In this document: positions 1 through 9,489 of the stretch, piece by piece
Layout: every line of letters begins with the position of its first letter
Numbering within the stretch: position 1 is the stretch's first letter
Assembly (NCBI RefSeq): GCF_000008645.1
Contig: NC_000916.1
Location: forward strand, 1,020,001 to 1,052,000
From: Methanothermobacter thermautotrophicus str. Delta H
GTDB lineage: Archaea > Methanobacteriota > Methanobacteria > Methanobacteriales > Methanothermobacteraceae
Length of the DNA stretch: 32,000 bases
Direction: 5' to 3'
The notes under the pieces: model-generated
Databases searched by the model: none
What the model saw: only the letters and a program-made list of their open reading frames with translations
Told to the model about the DNA's origin: nothing
Program-made: the position numbers and the translations under genes

Positions 1-169
1 ATTCATCATAATCTATGATTATCTTTGCCATTTTTGATTCTCCCTTAAAATTCCATGTAAATTTAATTGTTAGGATTATGATTTCATCCCTTATAACCAT
101 TATACGTTGTAGTACAGAGTTCTGATGAATTAATACATCTGCTGTGTATTTAAGGAAGTTCCTACTATG

Positions 170-177
170 TATATAAA
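170..177 (+). promoter_or_regulatory. Candidate archaeal TATA box (TATATAAA) for pycB
   Basis: ctatgTATATAAAgaatc lies about 30-38 nt upstream of the pycB ATG at 208; GAGAGGGT-type ribosome binding sequence lies just before the ATG. Confidence 0.5.
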
Positions 178-207
178 GAATCTAATTGATCTCATGAGAG
201 GGTCACG

Positions 208-1914
208 ATGAAAGGGATAAAGGTCGTTGAAACAGCATTCAGGGATGCGCACCAGTCACTTCTTGCAACACGCCTCCGTACCCGTGACATGACACCCATC
301 GCAGAGGAAATGGACCGGGTGGGTTTCTTCTCACTGGAGGCATGGGGCGGTGCAACCTTCGATACCTGCATACGCTACCTGAATGAGGATCCATGGGAGA
401 GGCTACGGGAACTTAAGGAACACGTGAAAAGGACGCCGATACAGATGCTCCTCAGGGGCCAGAACCTTGTGGGGTACAAGCACTACCCCGATGACATAGT
501 GAGGAAGTTCATTGAGAAGTCCTATGAAAACGGCGTTGATGTCTTCAGGATATTCGACGCCCTCAATGACATAAGGAACATGGAGTACGCCATAAAGGTC
601 GCCAGGGAACAGGAAGCCCATGTGCAGGGAGTCATCTGCTACACCATCAGCCCTTATCACACCCTTGAGAGTTATGTGGACTTTGCAAGGGAACTGGAGG
701 CCCTTGAATGTGACTCCGTTGCAATAAAGGACATGGCAGGCCTAATATCTCCACATGATGCCTACGAACTCGTGAGGGCCCTCAAGGAAGAGACCGACCT
801 CATGGTGAACCTTCACTGCCACTGCACAAGTGGAATGACACCCATGAGCTACTATGCCGCCTGTGAGGCCGGCGTTGATATACTTGATACCGCCATATCA
901 CCCCTATCCTGGGGTGCCTCCCAGCCACCCACAGAGAGCATTGTGGCTGCACTCCGGGACACACCCTACGACACGGGCCTTGACCTTGAGATCCTGAAGA
1001 ACATCAAGAAGTACTTCGAGGAGATCCGGAAGAAGTACAGCAGCATCCTCGACCCCATAGCCGAGCAGATCGACACAGACGTCCTCATATACCAGATACC
1101 CGGGGGTATGCTGTCAAACCTTGTTGCGCAGCTCAAGGAGCAGAACGCCCTGGACCGCTATGAGGAGGTCCTCGAGGAGATGCCCCGGGTGAGGAAGGAT
1201 ATGGGTTACCCTCCCCTTGTAACCCCAACCAGTCAGATAGTCGGTATACAGGCCGTTATGAACGTCCTGAGCGGTGAGAGGTACAGCATGGTCACCAATG
1301 AGGTGAAGGACTACTTCCGGGGACTCTACGGCAGACCCCCTGCCCCATTAAATGAGGAGGTCGCAAGGAAGGTCATCGGAGATGAGAAACCCATCGACTG
1401 CAGACCAGCGGACATCCTCAAACCCCAGTATGATGAGTGCAGGAGGAAGGGTGAGGAGATGGGCATAATAGAGAAGGAGGAGGACATACTGACCCTCGCC
1501 CTCTACCCTGCCATTGCACCTAAATTCCTGAGGGGTGAAATCGAGGAGGAGCCCCTGGAGCCCCCGGCAGAGGAGATGGCCCCGACAGGTGAGGTGCCAA
1601 CCGTCTTCCACGTGGAGGTCGATGGTGACGAGTTCGAGGTCAAGGTGGTCCCCACAGGCTACATGACCATCGAGGAAGCTGAACCCGAACCGGTGGATGT
1701 TGAGGGTGCAGTTAAGTCCACCATGCAGGGCATGGTTGTGAAGCTCAAGGTCAGTGAGGGCGACCAGGTGAATGCCGGGGACGTTGTCGCGGTTGTTGAA
1801 GCCATGAAGATGGAGAACGATATCCAGACACCCCACGGTGGTGTTGTTGAGAAGATATACACCGCTGAGGGTGAAAAGGTTGAGACCGGCGACATAATCA
1901 TGGTCATAAAATAA
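208..1914 (+). CDS. pycB: Pyruvate carboxylase subunit B (carboxyltransferase domain plus C-terminal biotinyl domain)
   Basis: 568 aa ORF; N-terminus VVETAFRDAHQSLLATRLRT and C-terminal biotin attachment motif VVEAMKMEN. Confidence 0.97.
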   Translation: MKGIKVVETAFRDAHQSLLATRLRTRDMTPIAEEMDRVGFFSLEAWGGATFDTCIRYLNEDPWERLRELKEHVKRTPIQMLLRGQNLVGYKHYPDDIVRKFIEKSYENGVDVFRIFDALNDIRNMEYAIKVAREQEAHVQGVICYTISPYHTLESYVDFARELEALECDSVAIKDMAGLISPHDAYELVRALKEETDLMVNLHCHCTSGMTPMSYYAACEAGVDILDTAISPLSWGASQPPTESIVAALRDTPYDTGLDLEILKNIKKYFEEIRKKYSSILDPIAEQIDTDVLIYQIPGGMLSNLVAQLKEQNALDRYEEVLEEMPRVRKDMGYPPLVTPTSQIVGIQAVMNVLSGERYSMVTNEVKDYFRGLYGRPPAPLNEEVARKVIGDEKPIDCRPADILKPQYDECRRKGEEMGIIEKEEDILTLALYPAIAPKFLRGEIEEEPLEPPAEEMAPTGEVPTVFHVEVDGDEFEVKVVPTGYMTIEEAEPEPVDVEGAVKSTMQGMVVKLKVSEGDQVNAGDVVAVVEAMKMENDIQTPHGGVVEKIYTAEGEKVETGDIIMVIK

Positions 1915-2073
1915 AAACCTTCTTTTATATTCTGCCTCTAGTCCGGGACCGTTAAATATATGATTCAGGCCTCAACCATTCCTCTGAAAGAAGCCTGTTT
2001 TCATTATTTTTTTCACTGCGGATTTTACTGGATCAGACAAAAAATAGAATAGGGTTATGGGGCCGCTGTCGAA

Positions 2074-2742
2074 CTATTCACGGTACTCTGTGGGATCATC
2101 AATACCTGCAAGCTCAAAGGCCCTTCTCCTCCTCATGCAGGACTCGCAGACGCCACAGTGGACCCTGTCTCCAGCGTAGCATGAGTAGGTTAACTCGAAT
2201 GGTAGCCCCACTTCATGGCCTGCCTCCACTATCTCCCTTTTGGTCATACCAATCACCGGTGCCACCACACGAACACCATCCAGGGTCCCTATCTCCAGGA
2301 GCCTGTTGAATGCATCAAGGAACTCCTCTGAGTTATCAGGGAAGGTCTCAGCCTCCTCCAGGTCCCAGCCAACTATAACCGCACCGGCATCCATGGCCTC
2401 GGCGAAGGAGACCCCTATGGAGGTGAATACCAGGTTCCTCCCCGGTACCCAGACCTTCCTGGCTGTCTCAAGGCACTCGACGGTGTCATCAAGGTTCGAT
2501 GGGGATGGTATGTCCCCTCCAGCCGTGAGCACTGAGCCCCCGAGTCTTCCAAGCCACTGGAGGTCCAGTGTGGTGTGTTCGATGCCGAGGTGCTCTGATA
2601 GTCTCCTCGCATATTCCAGCTCCATCCTGGCACTCCTCTGACCGTAATCAAAGGTTATGGCATGGATCTCATATTCATCCATCATGAGTGCCGTTGCAAC
2701 TGCCGAGTCCATACCCCCTGAGAGTATGCTTATTGCCCTCAT
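2074..2742 (-). CDS. queC: 7-cyano-7-deazaguanine synthase
   Basis: 222 aa; SGGMDSA PP-loop motif and C-terminal CYAGDRVHCGVCESCMRRRRAF zinc motif. Confidence 0.93.
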   Translation of the reverse strand: MRAISILSGGMDSAVATALMMDEYEIHAITFDYGQRSARMELEYARRLSEHLGIEHTTLDLQWLGRLGGSVLTAGGDIPSPSNLDDTVECLETARKVWVPGRNLVFTSIGVSFAEAMDAGAVIVGWDLEEAETFPDNSEEFLDAFNRLLEIGTLDGVRVVAPVIGMTKREIVEAGHEVGLPFELTYSCYAGDRVHCGVCESCMRRRRAFELAGIDDPTEYRE

Positions 2743-3974
2743 TTCAGGCCTCCGCTACCATCATTCTCCTGATCCGCCTTGAATTTAAGGTCTCTGAACT
2801 GTTTCTCAGACATTTCAATAACATCCCTGAGTGGTATTCCTGTCTCAAGTGATATCCTCCGGGCATCCTCGTATTCTATCCGTGCATTTACGACCCTTGA
2901 GCCCATGAGGCCAACCTTGAACCTTGCCGTCCTGCGGCCCTTGATATCAACCTCGGCCTCCATGATCCTCCTCTCAAGGACTCCCCTGTGGACCTGGGGG
3001 AATATCCTCACACCCAGGGTCCCTGTCTCTGAGAAGAGGTGCTCAAGGATCCTCTCATACTCGTTTTCCCTGCAGATGACCCTTATAAGCTGTCCTGGTC
3101 TGTTCTTCTTCATTATGACCGGCGTGAGGGTCACATCCAGCGCCCCGGCTTCCAGGAGCCTCTCGAAAATGTTTCCGAGGACCTCGCCGCTCAGGTGGTC
3201 CACGTTGGTCTCAAGGAGCGTGACAGTGTCATGGGGTACCTGCCCTGAGCCCCTTACTATCCTCAGTATGTTGGGGAATTCAGGGTCCATGCTCCCGGCC
3301 CCGTAGCCTGTGGCCTGGATCTCCATTGGTGGGAAGAACCTGCGGTGCTCCCGCACCATGTTCACGAGGAGGGCCGAACCGGTGGGTGTGGCAAGTTCAA
3401 CCCCGGATGGTCCCCCTGTGACAGGGAATCCCCTGAGTATCTCGGTTGTGGCGGGTGCAGGGACCGGTGTGAGGCCATGGGCACCCCTCACCAGTCCCCC
3501 TCCGACTGCAACCGGGAGGGTGTAGACCTCATCCCTGTGGAGGTTGAGGTCGAAGTATGCGAACACCGCCCCCATGACATCTGCAACCGCATCCGCGGCG
3601 CCGACCTCATGGAAGTGAACTTCATCCAGTTTCACTCCATGGACAGAGGCCTCTGCCTGGGCTATGGTGTGGAAGACGGCCCTTGCCATTGATAGCATCT
3701 CATCATCCAGGGCAGGGTGGCTGATCCCCTCAAGGAGTCTGAGGAACTCCAGGTAGCCCACACTGAGTGATTCGTCAGCCCTCACATCAACGTATGTGGC
3801 CCTGAGGCCCGCCCTTTTAACCTCAGATACACTCACATCAGCACCGCCGAAGTGGGACGCCGCATCCTCCATGACCTCAGCTGTCCTCTCGGGGTGGGCC
3901 CCGAGGTCTATGAGGGCGCCCACCATCATGTTACCTGATACCCCTGCCAGCTGGGGGTCTATGACTGTTACCAT
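2739..3974 (-). CDS. larC: LarC-like nickel insertion protein (DUF111 family)
   Basis: IDPQLAGVSGNMMVGALIDLGA start, KLDEVHFHEVGAADAVADVMG motif, VTLLETNVDHLSGE; stop overlaps the queC start. Track ORF begins at 3995; start trimmed to MVTVIDPQ. Confidence 0.87.
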   Translation of the reverse strand: MVTVIDPQLAGVSGNMMVGALIDLGAHPERTAEVMEDAASHFGGADVSVSEVKRAGLRATYVDVRADESLSVGYLEFLRLLEGISHPALDDEMLSMARAVFHTIAQAEASVHGVKLDEVHFHEVGAADAVADVMGAVFAYFDLNLHRDEVYTLPVAVGGGLVRGAHGLTPVPAPATTEILRGFPVTGGPSGVELATPTGSALLVNMVREHRRFFPPMEIQATGYGAGSMDPEFPNILRIVRGSGQVPHDTVTLLETNVDHLSGEVLGNIFERLLEAGALDVTLTPVIMKKNRPGQLIRVICRENEYERILEHLFSETGTLGVRIFPQVHRGVLERRIMEAEVDIKGRRTARFKVGLMGSRVVNARIEYEDARRISLETGIPLRDVIEMSEKQFRDLKFKADQENDGSGGLK

Positions 3975-3994
3975 CCGAGCACCGCTTATATTCA

Positions 3995-4333
3995 CTAGGG
4001 TGAGTTGACTATTATCCTTCTTATGGGTATCTCTATTATGGTGTACTTCTCACTGGCCAGTTCCTCACCGAACCTGTTTACGATTGGTTCAACGAGTTCC
4101 TCATCAACCACCGAGCATATGAGGACTGCGTCCCTTGCATAGTCGTGTATCAGTGAAATGGCTGATTCAGGGTCCTCCTTGACTGAGAATCCCTTCCACT
4201 CTGTCGGGGAGACGCCCTTGTACTCCACTATGTAGAAGCCTGTGACGCCCTCATCTGCCAGTATGTTCATGACACGGCCCAGGTTCTCGACCTCAATGAA
4301 TACCCGTAGATGCACCTTCATTAATATCACCAT
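3995..4333 (-). CDS. Small PII/MJ1244-like protein of unknown function
   Basis: Conserved-looking core [36 protein letters not shown]...YTIIEIPI. The longer track ORF (to 4504) extends into the divergent gene, so the internal start is preferred. Confidence 0.6.
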   Translation of the reverse strand: MVILMKVHLRVFIEVENLGRVMNILADEGVTGFYIVEYKGVSPTEWKGFSVKEDPESAISLIHDYARDAVLICSVVDEELVEPIVNRFGEELASEKYTIIEIPIRRIIVNSP

Positions 4334-4432
4334 ACATAGATATGTGCTGTGTAGATAATAAATCTGATGAGGGTGTAAACTCCAGCAGCTGAGAACTGCC
4401 GGTATCATAAGAGCTGTCACAGCTGGTGGCGT

Positions 4433-5284
4433 ATGTTGAAGGTGAATCACTTGAAGAAGAAAATGAATGTTAACGGTGCAGAGATTGTGGTTGAAGAGGA
4501 TCATGTAACTGTGAGTGCAGATTCAGGCCTTGTTACTGCAGATTCAAGCATCAGAATTGAGGACGAGGTCCATCATGACCTCCCCCGGGGCCACTGCATG
4601 GTGAGGGATGGTGATGCGGTGGCATTCTCATCCACAGGGGATGTGATGGACGTCCTGGTGGTCGTCGGGGAGCCCTGCGGTGACCGGATACCTGAAGCCC
4701 TGAGGATCAGTGTGGAGGAGGTATCATCGACCGCCGGGATCCTCACTGAGATAATGGGGCAGCGGTTGAGGGTCGTGGCACTCCCGGGTGATGGACGGCC
4801 CTGTGAAGATTACATAAGGGGGGCTGTCAGGCGCTCCCTTCAGGGTGTGCTCCTGGATGGCCCGGGGGTTGAGGAGCTCCTTGAGGCCCGCGGCGTCACC
4901 ATTGATGGCATGGTCGATGCGGGTATGGATCTGGTGGTGGGTGTTGATGTCACCGCCGAGCTCCGGGACCGTCTCAGGTCAGAGATTCAGAGGGCACTGG
5001 GGGACCTCAATGTCAGGGCCCTCCTTGCAGCCGCCCTGCACCTTGAGGGGGACATAGAAAACCTGAGGATCCTCGGTGTGGATCTGAGGGATGACCCTGC
5101 CTTCCTCTACAGTGATGAGGTCCTGGGGATGGCGGTTGCCAACCAGGTGGCAGGTACGAAGGCCATATTCAACTTCAAGAGATATGATGAGGAAAAACCC
5201 GGTATCCTCGGGGAACTGGGCCCCATGGTGGATGATGCCGTTGCGGGTCTCATAGCCGGGTGCATGTCACGCCTCTTCGAATGA
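4433..5284 (+). CDS. cobZ: PgpA-type phosphatase domain protein, likely archaeal alpha-ribazole phosphatase CobZ-like
   Basis: 283 aa; C-terminal helical domain ...[21 protein letters not shown]...; located just upstream of cobS. The actual start may be at the internal ATG 4463. Confidence 0.6.
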   Translation: MLKVNHLKKKMNVNGAEIVVEEDHVTVSADSGLVTADSSIRIEDEVHHDLPRGHCMVRDGDAVAFSSTGDVMDVLVVVGEPCGDRIPEALRISVEEVSSTAGILTEIMGQRLRVVALPGDGRPCEDYIRGAVRRSLQGVLLDGPGVEELLEARGVTIDGMVDAGMDLVVGVDVTAELRDRLRSEIQRALGDLNVRALLAAALHLEGDIENLRILGVDLRDDPAFLYSDEVLGMAVANQVAGTKAIFNFKRYDEEKPGILGELGPMVDDAVAGLIAGCMSRLFE

Positions 5285-5383
5285 TGGGGGTAGACCTGTG
5301 AGGACAGCAAGATCCGCCAGAACCCTGTTTACACCACTCCCCTCACCACAGACAGAAAGATCCGCCTGCGAGGGGGGTGCCTG

Positions 5384-6133
5384 ATGAACGTCACCGGCAA
5401 ACTCAGGGGACTCATATCCTTCTCAACGGTTCTGCCCCTGAAATCAGAGGCCAGCATTGAGGATATAGCTTCACTCACACTCCACTGGCCCCTTGTGGGC
5501 GCCCTCATAGGGGTTGCAGTGGGTTCAGCCGGGGTGGCTGCATCCCTAGTGTTCCCGGGGGCGGTTGTTGCCTGTGTTGCCTATGGATTCGCCATCTGGT
5601 TCACAGGTTTCCACCACCTCGATGGCCTCATAGATATGGGTGACGCCCTCATGTCCCATGGAAGCTTTGAGAGGAAGATAGAGATAATGAGGGATCCCAG
5701 GATAGGCACAGGTGGCCTTGGACTTCTGCTCATCGTATCATCAACCACCATAGCAGCCATCTATTCCCTTCCACAGGGTGTCCTGTTCCAGGGACTCCTC
5801 ATAGGGGAGGTCTCGGCCAAGGTGTGCCTCACGGGCTGCGCCCGGGTATCCAGGCCCCTCGATGGTGGGACCGGGAGGCACTTCATAATGGCGAGTAGAA
5901 GCCCCTTCACCGGCATGGTCTGGATCTTCTGGGCCGTTGCAGCATACCTCCTGGCGGGGGTTCCCGGTGCTGTTAGTGTTGCTGTTGCTGTCCTCTCAGG
6001 AGTCTTCATTGGTCTTGTTGCCAGGAGGAACTTCTACTGGAGCACGGGTGACGTGCTGGGGGCCTCGAATGAGGTGGGGAGGATGATGTCACTTCTGGGC
6101 CTCCTTGCGGCCATCAGATTAACGGGGCTGTAG
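5384..6133 (+). CDS. cobS: Adenosylcobinamide-GDP ribazoletransferase (cobalamin synthase)
   Basis: 249 aa membrane protein; [37 protein letters not shown] is the CobS signature. Confidence 0.95.
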
Positions 6134-6202
6134 GTAAAGGGGGTGCCCATCCAGCATGTGGAGAGTTTAATGGTATTTAATGATTCATTGGAGGTCAGTA
6201 TA

Positions 6203-6742
6203 ATGGATGTGAAGGTTTTGAGGCTTGGTCACAGACCATCAAGGGATGCGAGGATCACGACACACGTATGCCTCACTGCAAGGGCCTTCGGTGCCTCGGA
6301 GGTTATACTGAGTGGTGAGGAGGACCCTAAACTCATGGAGGGTGTTGAGGATGTTGTCAGGAGATGGGGTGGTCCCTTCAGTGTGGTCTACCGGAGGAAC
6401 TGGCAGGGTGTCATAGACTCCTGGAAGAAGGATGGTGGGGAGGTCATACACCTCACCATGTACGGTTTACCTGCCAGGGACGTTGTGCCCGGGATAATGG
6501 ATAACGGCAAGGACAAGCTCATTGTGGTGGGGGGTGCAAGGGTCCCCGGGAAGGTCTACAGCCTTGCAGACTACAACGTGGGGGTGACCAATCAGCCCCA
6601 CTCTGAGGTCTCCTCCCTGGCGGTGTTCATGCACATGCTCCTTGATGGGGCTGAATTCGACCTTAAATTTGAGGATGCCAGGATAGAGGTCATCCCCCAG
6701 GCCAGGGGTAAAATGCTCAGGGAGATCGATGATGGCGATTAA
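6203..6742 (+). CDS. trm56: tRNA (cytidine(56)-2'-O)-methyltransferase
   Basis: MDVKVLRLGHRPSRDARITTHVCLTARAFGA N-terminus and VTNQPHSEVSSLAVFMH. Track ORF start at 6143 trimmed to the conserved methionine. Confidence 0.88.
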   Translation: MDVKVLRLGHRPSRDARITTHVCLTARAFGASEVILSGEEDPKLMEGVEDVVRRWGGPFSVVYRRNWQGVIDSWKKDGGEVIHLTMYGLPARDVVPGIMDNGKDKLIVVGGARVPGKVYSLADYNVGVTNQPHSEVSSLAVFMHMLLDGAEFDLKFEDARIEVIPQARGKMLREIDDGD

Positions 6743-6753
6743 CATGATAAGCT

Positions 6754-7401
6754 GTGGATGGAGAGAGGATGATGCTGAGGGTGATTGATAACCTGATAGT
6801 CAGGGAGAAGCTCACCACCATAAGGTGCAGGGGGATAGACCCGGCCAGCTTCAGACGGGGAGTGACTGATATAGGTCGCTACATGGCCTACGAATTTGCA
6901 GACACCCTTAAATGGCGTGAGGTTGAGGTTGAAACCCCCCTGGGCACGGCCAGTGGTGTTGAGATAACCGACAGGGACAGGATAGTTCTTCTGAGCATCC
7001 TCAGGGCTTCACTGCCCTTCACAGAGGGTGTGATGAAGGTCTTCCCTGAGGCAGAACACGGTATTATCGGTGCGAGGAGGTCAGATGAGCCCCCATTCAG
7101 GGTCTCAATCGACTACATCAGGGTCCCTGAACTTGATGATAAGATACTGGTGATAGCGGACCCCATGCTAGCAACAGGGAACACCATGATAGGTATCCTG
7201 GAGGCCCTTGAGGCCCATGGCTCCCCTGCGAGGACGGTGGTCTTCAATATCATATCCTCCAGGATGGGCCTTGACAGGGTCCTTCAGAGGGGTATAGATG
7301 TCTACACATGCGGTGTTGAGGAGGAGGTTAACGATATGGGCTACATAGTCCCTGGACTCGGGGACGCAGGGGATCTGGCCTTCGGGAGGCCATCAGATTA
7401 G
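6754..7401 (+). CDS. upp: Uracil phosphoribosyltransferase
   Basis: 215 aa; ILRASLPFTEGV and VLVIADPMLATGNTM-type PRPP-binding motif; YIVPGLGDAGDLAFG C-terminus. Confidence 0.9.
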   Translation: MDGERMMLRVIDNLIVREKLTTIRCRGIDPASFRRGVTDIGRYMAYEFADTLKWREVEVETPLGTASGVEITDRDRIVLLSILRASLPFTEGVMKVFPEAEHGIIGARRSDEPPFRVSIDYIRVPELDDKILVIADPMLATGNTMIGILEALEAHGSPARTVVFNIISSRMGLDRVLQRGIDVYTCGVEEEVNDMGYIVPGLGDAGDLAFGRPSD

Positions 7402-7502
7402 TCCGATCCGGGTTGCCGTTTGAGCCATACCCTTTAAAATCAGAGAAAAACCAGTTACTGGTGTTCACGACAGGGTCTGCTAGGGTGAAGGCAGGGATCA
7501 GG

Positions 7503-7998
7503 TCAATCATAGATGGATGTTCCCCTGGCAGCTGCGACGATGCCGGGTATGCCCTCAACCCTGAGTTCGAAGATGGCCTCCATGCCCTCCTCCTCAAAGG
7601 CGGCACCTGCTCGATTTAACCCTGCTTGTCAGCAGGGCCGCTGTGGGTGGTGTTACTATGAAGACTGCGCCGGCCTCCTTGAGGGCCCTGACAGTCTCAT
7701 CTCCAAGTTTTCCTTTGCCTATGTGGACAAGCACGCCCCTTGATGCAAGGTAGGGTATGCTTTCCTCTATGTCCTCCTTGTTGCTGCTTGTGGGGGCTAT
7801 GCCTGCTGGACTTACAGCTGTGTGCATTATGGCGGCGCCCATGACGTTGATGGGCTCCTCTCCCGCTTTCAGGGCCTTGACCAGTTTTGGGAGGGCTGCA
7901 TCCCTTCCCGTGTAGATGGTGCCATCCATGAGCACCCTGTCACCGACACTGAGTTTTGCTATCTCATCTCCGGTGGCTGGTAGTTCTATCCTTATCAT
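7503..7998 (-). pseudogene. Fumarase beta-subunit-like (class I fumarase C-terminal domain) gene with an apparent frameshift near 7605-7620
   Basis: Frame 1 gives MIRIELPATGDEIAKLSVGDRVLMDGTIYTGRDAA...AVFIVTPPTAALLTSRVK then a premature stop at 7594. The other frame continues ...RAGAAFEEEGMEAIFELRVEGIPGIVAAARGTSIYD stop at 7503. Confidence 0.75.
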
Positions 7999-8019
7999 GG
8001 TATCAACCTCTGACCCGGG

Positions 8020-9111
8020 TTACTCCTCCCTCAACCTGATACCCTCAAGGTCCCTCAGCAGTAGTTCGATGTGCTCCTCCATTATATGGGGCATGAGAAC
8101 CACCCTTATGGCTGGCGGGCAGGATGAGACCGATACCGCCCATCCCAGCTCCTCGAGTCTGTCTGCAAGTTCATGTGGCCCCATGGCGGGGTGGTTGAAG
8201 GCCACTATGTTGAGTTCGGGTTCTACCACGAGCTGGTAGTCCAGTTCCACCAGTCCGTCCCTGAGTCTGCGTGTTACACCCATGACCCTCAGGGCGAGTT
8301 TGCGGTAGCCCTCACGGCCCATGTGTTTCATGATTGCCCAGGTTGCTGCGGCTGATGCCCCGGTCCTGGTGCCCACTATGGTTGACTGCTGCTTCTCTGT
8401 GAGGTAGGGTGTCTCTATACTCATGGCATCCAGGTAGGAGGCGTCCCTGAAGAGTATGCAGCCGCTGGGGATGGGGGCCAGGCCCATCTTGTGGGGATCC
8501 ACGGTTATTGATGAGACCCCCTGAAGTTTGAAATCAAATTCAGGTAGTTCAGCGCCGGTTTCCCTGAGGAAGGGTATTATGAAACCCCCGAATGCGGCGT
8601 CTATATGCAGGTGTATGTCCTCATCAAGGCAGATCTCTGAGAGTTCCTCCACAGGGTCTATCCTCCCGAGTTCTGTGGTCCCTGCGACTCCAACAACGGC
8701 CACGGTGTTTTCTGATATGAGTTTCCTCACAGATTCAACGTCCACCCTGTAGTCCTGGTCCAGTTCAGCCTCCCTGAGTCTGAGTCCCAGTATATCTGCG
8801 GCCTTTCTGAAGGAGAAATGGGCTGACTTCGGGACTATTATCTCAGGTTTTTCAGCTCCAGCCATGTTTCTGGCTGCCCTCATGGCCATGAGGTTTGCCT
8901 CGGTGCCCCCTGTTATTATGTGACCTGCTGCATCGGGTTCTGAGAGGAGCTCCCCGAGCATGCCTATCACCCCGGATTCCAGTTCCCTGGTGCCCCTGAA
9001 GAGCCCGGGGTCCCCCAGGTTGGACTCCAGGAAGTCACAGTAAACCCTCCTTGCGAGGGGGTGGGATGATGTGCACATGGATCCGAGGATTCTGCCTGAG
9101 GTGTAGGTCAT
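8020..9111 (-). CDS. mfnA: L-tyrosine/L-aspartate decarboxylase MfnA (PLP-dependent)
   Basis: 363 aa; [13 protein letters not shown] and [17 protein letters not shown] (PLP lysine) motifs of archaeal group II decarboxylases. Confidence 0.93.
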   Translation of the reverse strand: MTYTSGRILGSMCTSSHPLARRVYCDFLESNLGDPGLFRGTRELESGVIGMLGELLSEPDAAGHIITGGTEANLMAMRAARNMAGAEKPEIIVPKSAHFSFRKAADILGLRLREAELDQDYRVDVESVRKLISENTVAVVGVAGTTELGRIDPVEELSEICLDEDIHLHIDAAFGGFIIPFLRETGAELPEFDFKLQGVSSITVDPHKMGLAPIPSGCILFRDASYLDAMSIETPYLTEKQQSTIVGTRTGASAAATWAIMKHMGREGYRKLALRVMGVTRRLRDGLVELDYQLVVEPELNIVAFNHPAMGPHELADRLEELGWAVSVSSCPPAIRVVLMPHIMEEHIELLLRDLEGIRLREE

Positions 9112-9195
9112 GTCCCTCCTCTGAAATTCGGCGAGAAGTTCAAGTACTTTTTCCTCGGGTAGACCCTTTCATCCATTTTTACGCCCAAAAATAGT

Positions 9196-9489
9196 TTAGA
9201 GGAGTTCCTGTGCGGCCTTGAGGAGGAGTCTCTGCTCGGCCCTTGCAACCGTCTTCCTCACCTCTGCAACCGCGTCGGTGTTGCGGATACACTGCTTATC
9301 CCAAGCTCCACCAGTTTCTCAACTATCCGTGGGATGCTGCCTGCTTGGCCACAAATACTTGTCCTGACACCTGCCACGTAGCATATCCTTAAACCCTCTC
9401 TATGAGTTTGAGGACGGCAGGGTGGCCCTCGGTGTAAGGTCGCCACGTGTTCATTGTACCTGTCTATGGCGAGGGTGTACTGGGTGAGG
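9196..9489 (-). pseudogene. ppsA: C-terminal remnant of phosphoenolpyruvate synthase split by several frameshifts
   Basis: Frames together give DLTQYTLAIDRYNEHVATL, EGHPAVLKLIERV, VAGVRTSICGQAGSIPRIVEKLVELGISSVSA, TDAVAEVRKTVARAEQRLLLKAAQELL stop (9196-9198). Confidence 0.8.

Noticed and set aside
1915-2073. Spacer between pycB and queC examined for riboswitch or terminator structure
   Set aside because: Only T-rich stretches after pycB and no convincing conserved aptamer; convergent gene ends explain the spacer.
2779-3306. 175-aa plus-strand ORF within the LarC-like gene
   Set aside because: Antisense shadow of an intact, recognised coding sequence.
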